From Zygnema circumcarinatum SAG 698-1b (lineage: Eukaryota; Plantae; Zygnematophyceae), in NCBI GenBank assembly GCA_037447605.1, contig CM074819.1, forward strand, positions 1,262,297 through 1,326,296: 64,000 nucleotides of DNA, read 5' to 3'. The notes beneath the pieces are model-generated. The model worked only from the letters and a program-made list of their open reading frames with translations, was not told the DNA's origin and did not search any database. The translations under genes were made by a program, and so were the position numbers. Of the stretch, positions 1 to 10,658 are shown piece by piece (the stretch's first letter is position 1; each line of letters begins with the position of its first letter).

Positions 1-390
1 AGGGTTTCGCGTTGATGCGGACGGTACATCGTCCGGACCCAGCGTAGCGTAGGATCGACCCGTGCACCGGCGTCTGTGGCGTCGCGTCATGGCCAGCGCG
101 CTGATCGCGGCGAGCCGTCACGTTATGCGCCTCGACCATTCGAGTGAGAGAAGACGTGGCGATGCGCCATTGGGCGACCACGCTTCGATCACTCCATCTT
201 GGTAGGAGGTTCAGCGGGGAAGCGTAAAGGCGTGGCGTAGATCACCCAACCAGCATACCGGCATTAGAGTTGCACCGCCCGGAACTGCGCCCGCTCGGAA
301 GTTCTCTCTCTCTCTCTTGCTCTCTCTCGTGAACTTCACGAGTCTTTGGTGTGTGATTCGCGTGAGGAAAGTCGAGATCTTAAGCCGTTA
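1..390 (+). repeat. 5' LTR (3' part only)
   Basis: Aligns by eye with 6345-6750 (shared GTTGATGCGGACGGT, TTGGTAGGAGGTTCA, CTCGGAAGTTCTCTCTCTCTCTCTTGCTCTCTCTC, AGATCT..AGCCGTTA), with many indels. Confidence 0.85.
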
Positions 391-2864
391 TTGTAGCCGA
401 GCGTTGCGGCCTTCTCTTTGACAGAGAACACCGCGGTCATGGTGACCTACCGCAGGGCGGAGGGTAGGGCCCTCGGGGAGCAGCCGCCACCTCCCACCAC
501 ACCGGGGCGGGTGATGGAGGAGAACTTCGAGAGCTACTTGACCCGCTCCCATGGAGGGCGATCCAGAGCCTGACCAAAGGTCATCCGATTTGTACCCTCA
601 CCCGCCCCACGGGCAGCTCCGGCGAGAGTATCCACCGATCCCATGATGGGGGCCCACATCCGCGGTAGGCGTCACACGAAGATGAAGGGTCGGCGAGCTG
701 GGCCGGATGTAAAAGGCGGCGGCCAGCGTCGCCACCATAACAGCCACGAGGGCGGTGGGCGACATGGAATACGTCGCCCGCTTGAGGTGAACCGCTCCAA
801 GCTGGAGGTTCGAGACGCTTCCGGACGGACTCAGAAGATCGAGGAAGGTATGCCCGAACCCCCATCTTTGTAAGCTGATAGATCACAGTCAGGGGAAGGG
901 GTTAGGCAAACTCCCACTCGATTGGCGTGGATACATCGCGGCAGCCCCAACGAGCTGCTTAGGAGCGGCCCGGCCAGTCAGGACCCCCACTGGTTTTTCC
1001 GGGGAGTCACCTGAGGGGGTGGCGGAACCGGCGGTGGGGGACCCCGTGGGCAGCTGGCGAGGCGGGAGGAGATCAGGTCCTGGACTGCTCCCGCAACCTC
1101 TTTGAGGATGCCCGGCCGGGCCGGGTGGCCCCTACGTCGCTTTTGGGGCGGAGCACACATCCCCAGCTGCAGTTTTGCTCGATTGGCGTGGTTGGAATCA
1201 AGCGAAGATTTACCTTCTTGCGACCAACTGTCCCCCCCTCGATAAGTGAAAACGCACACCCAACTCGAGCCGCGCTCACAGGTGTGTATGAGGGCCTCTC
1301 ATTAATTGGGGGCCGATTGGATAGGATTCGAGAGATGAACTTATCAAACACTTTAGAGACTGGATCCCGGCTTGGAGGCGGGATAAGTTTGAACATGGTC
1401 CAAACCGGCGTCCAAAGCGGTTGCGAGACTGGGTGGTGACGCCTCGAGATCACCACTCACAGAAGCCGGGCGGTGAGTTCTTTCCCGCCGGGGAATGGCT
1501 TGAAGCCACACGAGCTTGTTGGAGCAACAGCGGACTCACGAAACCGTGGGACCCGGCTGACTTCGAGGCGTACTTTGATGCGGCCATTGATTGGACACCG
1601 CCCACTGCGGCGTCGCGAGCCCTTCCCGACAGCCGGAGGTGAGGCGTGAGGTCGTGGAAGGCCGGGACCGGCTCTACCAAGCTGGCCGAGGAAGAACAAG
1701 CGAGAGCGGCCCGGAAGTGGTTGCCCGCCCACCCGCGGCGAGTTGACTCGAGAGGAAATGGAAGATCACGGCGGGGAGAACAAAAGTGTTCGGCTAAGGG
1801 AGGGAGCACAAGGCTCGGGGATTGCCCTACGAGACACCAAGGACAAGAAGGGCAAAGGGCGGGAAAACCCCAACCACCGGCGGAAGCAGGGTGGATTGGT
1901 GGACATCTTAAATTTGGGGGGAGGGAATGGGGCTGCCATCAAGGATAGAAGACTATTGTTTCTTGGAACCTTGGACATTCTTAACTTGGTGGGCCAGGCC
2001 TTTGGGAGTGCAAGATCTCTTTGTGTTTGATGTACTCCCTTCTTCCATTTCTCTTTCCCCTGCCACTGTAGTGACTCCTTCTGGGTTTATGGATGTAGTG
2101 ATGAATGGTGATTGGCATGTCTTTATCCTCAATGTCATGGGCGATGATGTTCTCATGCAATGTGCCATGGATGCTTTGCATGTCATGGGAAACACCTCCC
2201 ATGTCCTTGGGCTGCATGTGCTGGTTCCTCAGCACATGGCAGTTCGCACCTTTCCCAACGCCACTTGGCGGTTGGTGAAACAGTTGAGGAAAGGGCACAC
2301 GTTGGTGCAAGAGATGGAAGGATCCACCAGCTTGCTGGTTGGCTCACCCTACACATTGGTGTGGAGGCGGCTAGATCCTCAACTTATGCATATAGTCGCG
2401 TCTATGTTCCCACCTTGCCCATGCGTGCCGCGAGCCTTTGCGGATGCGATAATGGTCACCCGGCTGATTCTAACTGGCTAGATCTTTGAGGCAGATGCCC
2501 CAACTTTGTTAGTTACTGCGTTCACCAATTTGGGTTGACCCGCAGTCCCGGTCGAGAAGTGTTACTTTTTCGAGGATAGACGCAAAGGGCGGATCTGCAG
2601 TAGCGTCACACTTTCAGATCAAGCTCCAATCCTACTCTGGGGCAGTCAAGTGTCTTCTAACACAACTGGCCCCTGGAACTGATGTTATTTTGGGGAGTGC
2701 TTGGTTAACCATGGTCAAGGCACAAATGGTTGTCCACATTGCATTACTGCCACCGGTGGTGGCCAGGCCCCCTGCACCTGGCCGAGCCACATCCTCTAGC
2801 GTCAAAAGCGACTGCTACTCCTTACATTAACAAACTGTCGCGGTTGGCCAGCGGTTAAGGAGGG

Positions 2865-3596
2865 ATGCCTGCTGTTCATGGTGCATGTCATGGCGACGAG
2901 GATGTTCATGGCGAAGATCCCGAGGAATGGCGGATCACATCTACGGATGTGCTCTCGGCTGTTCCGCCCAAAATCCAACCTTTGTTGGATGAGTTCAGGG
3001 ATGTTTTCCCTGACGACTTTCCAAAAGGGTTGCCACCATCTAGAGGAGTGGGGCACACAATCCCTCTTGAGCCTGAGCAAAAGCCGCCTTGGCGGCCGAT
3101 CTATCGGTTAAGCCCGAAAGAAACCGAAGAGATGCGAAAGCAGTTGGCAACTTTACGTGACAAGGGCTGGATAGAACCCAGTCAAAGCCCCTTTGGGGCG
3201 CCCATCTTGTTTGTTGGGAAGAAAGATGGCTCGTTGAGGATGTGCATTGATTATCGCGCACTCAACAAGATCACCGTAAAGAACCGTTTTGCTTTACCAC
3301 GTATTGATGATCTGTTGGATCGTCTTCACGGCGCCAAAGTGTTTACATCACTTGATCTTGCTCAGGGGTATCATCAGATCCGCGTTACGGAAGCTGATGT
3401 GCCAAAAACTGCGTTCCGGAAGCCGATTGGTCATTTCCAATATAAGGTGTTGCCCTTTGGATTGACTAATGCTCCGGCGACTTTCCAGGCTGTGATGAAC
3501 GAGATGTTCATAGGCATGGATGAGTTTGTTTTGGTTTACCTCGATGATATCCTTGTCTTCAGTAAGACGGAGGAGGAACATCTTGAGCGGCGTTAG
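2865..3596 (+). pseudogene. Reverse transcriptase segment of gypsy pol (open for 243 codons, then stop/frameshift)
   Basis: Canonical gypsy RT motifs including YLDD; downstream RT/RNaseH is broken. Confidence 0.92.
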
Positions 3597-5582
3597 GAAG
3601 GGTGTTTGAGATTACGAGAAACACGGTTTTTATGCGAGAGGAAAAGTGTCGCCATTGCAGCGTGAGTTGCTATCTTGAGCGTATTCTCGATGATCGAGGG
3701 GTCTTCGACGATCACGCCAAGACTAGCGGTAGAAACTTGGAAGCACTTGAAGCTTGACTTGCACCCGGTTGAAATTTTAAGGCTTTGCGAATTATTTTCA
3801 TGTTCATCAAGGGTTTAATGGTAGTTTACCCCGCGGCTAATTTGACCGTTCGGTGTCCCCTTTACATGGACCACGAATGCGGGATGCATTGAAGGTATGC
3901 GCCATGCACTTATTTGCCGCACCCGCTTTCGCGGCGGACCCGTCCAAAAACGCCAGAGTGGTTTGTGATGCCGAGGATTCGCCTTGGAGTGCGTCTTGTT
4001 CAAGATGGCCAGCCTTTAGCGTATGAAAACGCCAAAATTAGTCCCACATTTGGCGCTAACTATTACACTAGCGAGCGAGGCGCTTGCGGTGGTCCACTTT
4101 CCCCGAGGACATGGCGGTGCTATTTAGAGGGGCAGCGATCCTGGCGGTCCTTGACCACCCGGCTGGCCGACGTTCCTCTCCCGAGCCCAAGCGGACCTGT
4201 CTGGGAGCCGCGTGGTCAGGTTTACTCGAAGGTTTGGCGCGATTGGGTTTTATCGGCGGAAGAGGCTGAATGTAGCCGGAACCCAGCGGTAGGCGTCTCG
4301 GCGTCTTGCACGGATGGTGCTCCGTCGACTCGGTGTTGGTGGAACGAGATGGCAGTAAGGGGCCCGACCAACCCAGTCTCCGTCTCCGGTATGCTTTGTA
4401 ATAGATCCTCCACCGTTGGCCAGCGGTCAACCCTCCTTTCTCTCGTCTCCGGACGGATGATCCGGGGAGGGGTATGCCCAGTGATCGCACGATGGCCAAG
4501 GTAATGGCTATAAGGACAAAGTGGTGTCTGCGTGGATACGGTACCACGGCGGCGGTTGGTGGGTAAAGGCGGGCGTACGGCAGCCGATACGGTGAGCTCC
4601 ATGATCCTCCGTCGCGAGAGTGCGTGTGTGGGAGTTGCGAAACCCGTGAGAACCTTGCTTTCGAGAGTTGTTGGCCGGACTCACCGAGGGGCGTGGCGTA
4701 TGTACTTCGCTTGTCCAACTTGTCGACCAAAACAAACCCCCGCTTAGCGGGGATCACGGCGGTACTGACCCTCACCTCGGAAGTGAGGACGGTGTGGGTA
4801 TGGAACGATCCGCGAGATCTTCTGTGACACCTCGGGGGCATGACTCCATCCTCGTCTTTGTCGATCGGCTCAGCAAGATGGTGCACTTTGCACCAACTAC
4901 TAAGACATTTGGGGCAGCCAGATGCACGTTGTATGTTGACAAAGTGTGGAGCGGCATGGTCTTGATGGGGAAATTGTGTGCGACCGTGATCCCGCGATTC
5001 ACCCGGCCATTTGCGGGCCGAGGAAGTGCTCAAAATCGTTTGGGACCCGTTGAGTCTGACTTTCCACCCTTGGAAACCCGTGGCGGGGCCGGAGCGGGTG
5101 AGCGGATCTGGAGGATTACCTCCGGCATTATGTGGGACCTACAGGATGGGTGGGATGGTACTCCCGGTGGCTGAATATCGCCCATCATGGCCAACTTTAC
5201 GAGGAGTCCACGGTACCACCCCTTTAGCTACGAACTTTTGAGTGAAGCATCCTCTAAATCCCTACTGACCAAGGGATCATTCCCGTGGAACATGAAGTCC
5301 GCAGGAACGATCCTTGGAAGAGGAGGGGCTGATGGACTCAACCTCCCGCTGATCCGGATCTTTTGTCGGCTAATATGCGAGGCGGCTGAGAGACACGGCG
5401 GACCACGCTGGCGGCCCGGTCGCGACAAAGGCCTATCTTTGACCGTCACCGTACCCAACTCACTTTCAATGAGGGCGACGAAGTGTTGTTAAGTACGGCG
5501 AACTTGAGACTAAAGGCTTATGGCGAAACACGTAAGTTGTGGCCCCGCTTCATCGGACCCTTCAAGGTCGTGAAGCGCATCA

Positions 5583-6041
5583 ATGAGGTTGGATTTACCA
5601 TCCCACATGAAGGTGCATCCGGTCTTTCATGTGGGCTTGCTAAAGGTCTACCGTAGCGATGGGAGGATCCAGCCACCTCCCCCACCAGTGGAGCTTGAGG
5701 GTGAACTTGAGTATGAAGTTGAAACCATTCAAGCCCACCGTCTTGTGAGAAAGGGTCGATCTTCCCGTCACGAATACCTCGTGAAATGGTTGGGCTATGG
5801 GGTTGAACATAGCACATGGGAAGCCGAGGGCAACTTAACCAATTGCTTGGAGCTCATCAACTTGTCTTTGGGAGAGCGCCGGGCAGCGAGGAAGCTGGCG
5901 GGCGACGCGGGGTTCACGAGCGTCCCATTTGCCAACTCGGAAAAGGGACTTGACGGGATTATGTTGAGCCTCCCGATTTATCCGCGTGAGGTCGTGGCGT
6001 CGCGGATTCAAACTCTGGCGCCTTTACTACCCGCTGCGTGA
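5583..6041 (+). pseudogene. Integrase C-terminus plus chromodomain of gypsy pol
   Basis: VHPVFHVGLLK, then EYEVETIQAHR...EYLVKWLGYGVEHSTWEAEGNL (chromodomain consensus). Confidence 0.88.
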
Positions 6042-6070
6042 GCGAGGCGTTCACATCCTCACGGGGGTAA

Positions 6071-6751
6071 TGTAGCGAAACGCTGATCACCCGCGAGGGG
6101 GAGGTAATGCCAAAGGCGTAGCTCGTCCTAAGTACTCCTCACCGAGGGCGAGGTAGCCAGGCGTCGGGAACCACACAGGGGCGGGAAGGGTCACGGGATC
6201 GAACCTTCGCGAGAAGGTTGCAGGGGTTGATGCCGGCCTTGACTATCTTGAGACATATGCATTGCTCAGCGTCGCCCGATGTGGTCGAGGATCATGGAAT
6301 CGACCACATCTTCCTTACGTTTTAGGCGTAACCGTCCGTACAATTACGGGTTTTGGTTGATGCGGACGGTTTATCGTCGGACCCAGCGTAGGATCCGGCC
6401 GTGCGGCGTGCGGCGTGCGTCGCGGCGGCGCCCACGTGAATCGCGGCGGCATTAAATGCGTTGTACACCTCGACCCGTTCGGTGGGGAGAGGGACACGTG
6501 GCGGTCGCCATTGGGCGGCCACGCGCTTCCGATACCTCCACGTGTTGGTAGGAGGTTCAACAGGGGAAGCGTAAAGGGGCGAGGGTGACTGTCGTCACCC
6601 AACCAACGTACCGGCATTCGGTTGCACCCCTGCCCAGGGCTGCGCCACCCTCGGAAGTTCTCTCTCTCTCTCTTGCTCTCTCTCCCGCTGAACTCTGAGT
6701 GCTGGTGTGTGATTCCGCGTAGGCTGAAGGAGTCAGATCTCAGCCGTTACA
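6071..6751 (+). repeat. 3' LTR (~681 bp, TG...CA)
   Basis: Starts TGTAGCG right after a purine tract and ends GCCGTTACA; homologous to 1-390. Confidence 0.85.
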
Positions 6752-7618
6752 CTCTTAGCTAGGCTTCTAGTTATCATTGGTCATTGGGAGGGATGCAAGG
6801 CAGGATAGAACAAGATGGTAGCTTGGCATAGTGACAGCAAAGGGAAAACAAGACTCAATTTAGATAAAGGTTGTATTTTGGAAAGTCGCGGCCAGTGATT
6901 TGGTAGGGGATAGTCATTACAATGAAAGGATCTTCTCCTTTGAAATCTTTGTCTAGGCGGGAATTTTAGAATGGGGACGTCTAAATGCTGCTCCCGGCAA
7001 GAAGACTCTTTCTCTCTCTCTCTCTCTCTATCCCCTTAATGGAACTCTCTCTCTCTCTCACACTTAGCATACGATGCTTTGGGCGAAGAGGAAGAAAGAG
7101 AAGAACAAGACAACAAACCACCACGGCAAATACAAATACTAAGCGGCACTAAAAAAGACAAACAAGCATCACTGACATCCCATCTACTTAACACTGACAA
7201 TAGATCTTGAGCCTTAGTAGTGACAGTCCCTGATTGGCCAATTGCCCACTGAGAGGCCTGACTGACTGCGTGGAGCCTTCGGATAGGTCAACTGATGACA
7301 AACGGCGGCATCTTGCGGCGCTTCCGAGTGCGCCTAGCTGGATGGTGTGCTGTCCCGTGGGCCGCCAACAAATGGCGCCGCCGTCTCGCATTTTCCGTCG
7401 GCAATTCCTGAATATGAATATGTCAAGTACAACTGAACGGGCGCGGATCCGTCGAACGCAGCTCCGTTACGCTACAGCTCGCGTCGCCGGGCTGTCCGCC
7501 GCGACCCGTACGAACGGGGTGTACGGCTCGTACGAATTCGTACGATGGACGCTGTGAAGCGCGCCACCGCCGCGGGTGGCGGCATGGCGATGTGTACGAA
7601 TGTTTACGGGGTACAGTA

Positions 7619-8156
7619 CAGTGGGGGGTCCTCGTATTTACCACCCCAAGGAGTGCGCCCTCAATATTTTCGCCCCAATTTTGCCGAAACCACTTTTTTG
7701 TACGGTAACTTGTGTTAGCCGTACTGTTCGTACTGTTTGTACTGTTCGTACTGTTCGTACCGTACGTACTATCTGTACTAGCCGTTACGGGCTTACGCAA
7801 AACTCACCTAATCTCCCCGCTCGTGCCGCCGTAAGAGGCGCTCGCTCGTCTCCCCGTCTTCTTGACTTCGATACGATACGATACGATACGGTCAATACGA
7901 TACGAAACTCCCCGATGGTTGGATGACGACAGTATGTACGACAATATATGCGTCACGATATGTCACGATACGATACGATGCTTAATTATACAGTACGATA
8001 CGGTACGGTACGGTATGGTACGATACGTACGGTTCAACATGAACTCTAACATAATACCGCCCGTCTATTCGTAACACGAACCTTATATATGCAAATTTAA
8101 TATTTTCGCCTCATTTTGCCCGGAACCAGGGTGGAAAATATGAGGACCACCTACTG
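7619..8156. mobile_element. Tc1/mariner(pogo)-like MITE, family A, copy 1
   Basis: TIRs CAGTGGGGGGTCCTCGTATTTACCACC / GGTGGAAAATATGAGGACCACCTACTG, TA on both sides, internal GTAC- and TACGA-rich arrays, no ORF. Confidence 0.75.
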
Positions 8157-8158
8157 TA

Positions 8159-9035
8159 ACTCTACTGCACCCCCGCGTTTTGTCTTTCGCACCCCCGTTT
8201 TGAAAATTTTGCCTGCCCGTTTTGGTTACCCCCCAGTTTTGAATATTTCGGGAAAAAATCTTTTTCCCGCCCATTTCGTCCCCTCCGCTGCCCCCCCTCG
8301 AACCATTGCGGTTGCAAAACCCTCACGCGGTTATGAAGGAACGAGGTCGACCTTCTGGCGCGCGCAGTTTGGCAATCAGACGGGACAAGAGCTATTTCGA
8401 GTACGTTCAAGGGAAAAAATGTTCCAATTGCAAGCAAGCAGGCCACAATTTAAGATCTTGCCTTAATTAGGGGTAACCTGAAAACAGAGAGTAACAGTTG
8501 CCCAACATTGGTGACCTTTGCAGTTGTGTTTAAGGTTGCGTTTTTGTACTTAAGCTTAGTTTAGTTTAGTTTTTTGTTCCTAGTTTTTTTATTTTGTGCT
8601 TGTTTCATTTGCGACTAATTTCTTGTGGTTCCCATGTTGACTTTGTCCATGATTATTTAATGGCCTCACCATCTTGAGACCAATGCAAATCCCCTTTTCT
8701 TTTGTCGCACATTGTTGGAAGTTAATAGTGAAAAGAAGAAAACGAGGGGATGGAATGTCCAAAAAATAATGAAGGGAGGGGGAATGAAAACAACCGAACT
8801 CGACGCCTCCCGGTACCCACCCATAAACTTTACCGTTAAAAGGCAACCGCGGACATCAACGAACGATCATACGTTTAGTTTTATCGCGTTTTGCAACAGG
8901 GGGCAGCGGAGGGGACGAAAGGGGCGGGAAAAAGATTTTTTCCCGAAATATTCAAAACTGGGGGGTAACCAAAACGGGCAGGAAACATTTTCAAAACGGA
9001 GGTGCGAACGACAAAACGCGGGGGTGCAGTAGAGT
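8159..9035. mobile_element. Non-autonomous long-TIR element (family B), TA-flanked
   Basis: About 140-bp inverted repeats (8159-~8297 vs ~8899-9035; ACTCTACTGCACCCCCGCG...CGCGGGGGTGCAGTAGAGT), TA at 8157-58 and 9036-37. Confidence 0.8.
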
Positions 9036-9037
9036 TA

Positions 9038-9102
9038 CCCGCGAAAATATTGAGGACGCACTCCTTAGGGTGGTAATTGGTAAATACGAGGACCCCCCAC
9101 TG
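9038..9102 (-). mobile_element. Inverted family-A MITE terminus
   Basis: Reverse complement of 7619-~7673 (GCGAAAATATTGAGG...AAATACGAGGACCCCCCACTG), followed by TA. Confidence 0.7.
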
Positions 9103-9457
9103 TACTGTATGTACGTATGTACGGATTACAAGTGTGAATGTCGGTGGGGTCTGCTGGTCAGGAGGGGAATCTATTTTGGGGAAGAGTTTGAAGGCGAGGT
9201 GGAGCGGTTGGTGCATGAAACGCCAAGCTGTTGGTGGCAGAACAAGTAGCTAGGGAAGGAAGGAAGGAAGCAGACAGGGTGAGAGAAAGGGTGAACAAAC
9301 CTTTACTTGATTGAACTCAACTTCTCAAATTTTATCGAATCGAATCGAATCGAATTGAATTGAATTGAATTGGAATGAATTGAACTGAATTGTTCTACAG
9401 TTTTATTTGAGCAACTTGGTTTTTTGAAAGTTGTTTTTTTTTTTTTTTTTTTTTTTT

Positions 9458-9467
9458 NNNNNNNNNN
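9458..9467. other. Assembly gap (10 N) inside poly-T
   Basis: N run flanked by T homopolymers. Confidence 0.99.
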
Positions 9468-10658
9468 TTTTTTTTTTTTTTTTTTTTTTTTTTGCTTCAG
9501 TAATACAGAAGTTGTGTAGGTATGACACGGCATGGGGCATGTCCATGGCCATGACCCCATGAGGCTTCACGGCATGCCGCATGTCAGACCTCAAACAAAT
9601 CGTCAGTACCGCACAGTAGGTTCCTCTGAAGAAAAAGGTATCGTCAGTCTGTGATGCCAAAACGAGACCGGGCGGGCGGGACTGGGCGGGACTGGGCGGG
9701 TCTCCGCATAACCAATCTTCAGTAATACAGAAGATATTCTACCGTTCGATTCTGTCAAGTCTGACTCTCATCGGTCGATGAGTGGTTGTCAGGAGCAGTT
9801 GAGGAAAATTCAGAGCTGGGGATTCCCTGCTGGAGGTTTCTTTGATAGTGACAAGAAACAAGAAGCCCTTGATAATTATTCACTGCTTTTTTCCTTTCAT
9901 AAGTCATCGTCTTTGTTCAATGAATTGCAAGTGAATATGAGGCCTTGTGACCAGAAAAGCCACCACTAATCCTAAGCGAGAATAACATAGTGCTGCCACA
10001 CACTTGAGCCGCAGTCTTCCCGGCCCTCTCCACTACTCTCCTCTCCTTCCCATCCTTGGCTTTCCGCATCTCTCCCTCCATCACCTCCCCTCATGCTTTT
10101 CCCCATCATCCCAACGCATATCGGTCCACCATGATGACACATGACGTATAGAAAAGAATCAATTCCGTTACGATACTTTGAATTCAGACTTCAGTTTCAA
10201 AGAATTGCTGTCGTCCGCTCATAACTTGACAACGAAAATTCCACCCGCCTGCTGCTTCCAGCACGGGGAACTGCCTGACTGCCTAGCCAATAAACATTCC
10301 TCAAGCCTGCAGTGATCTGAAATGAGGATTACGTCCTTCAAGACGTGACCCAACCTACGCAGTATTGTAGAGCTACCGCTTATGTTAAGAAGTTGTTTCA
10401 ACGGGCCAAAAACAAATATGTCACAGCCCTAGTCTCAAGTTAATTCCACATGAGAGGGCTCATTGACTGAAAAGTTCTTACCTTCCTATCCGTCTGTCAC
10501 CCTCCCAGCCTGCCTCTCTGCCTCCAAATTTCTTCCCCCCCCCCCACCTTTATCTCCTCACTGATGAGTTTCTCCTCCCTCTCAAACCACTAAAGCATAT
10601 GCCGGCGCAGCCAAACTTACTTAATTCTTGAGTGAAGTGTAGGTGCGCCGTACAACCT

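Larger units (their letters stand above)
1..6751 (+). mobile_element. Ty3/gypsy LTR retrotransposon (chromovirus), degenerate; 5' LTR truncated by the window edge
   Basis: RT ORF 2865-3596 (RMCIDYRALN, LPRIDDL, PFGLTNAPATFQ, YLDD). Protease-like GTDVILGSAWL near 2680. Frameshifted RNaseH/integrase remnants at 3.6-5.6 kb. C-terminal chromodomain. PPT-like GGGGGTAA then TG at 6071. Matching LTR sequence at both ends. Confidence 0.93.

Noticed and set aside
1927-2481. 184-aa ORF inside the retroelement as a separate gene
   Set aside because: It lies at the frameshifted gag/protease junction and has no recognisable domain.
7700-8040. CRISPR-like repeat-spacer array
   Set aside because: Short GTAC/TACGA micro-repeats inside a MITE with no unique spacers, in a eukaryotic context with no cas genes.
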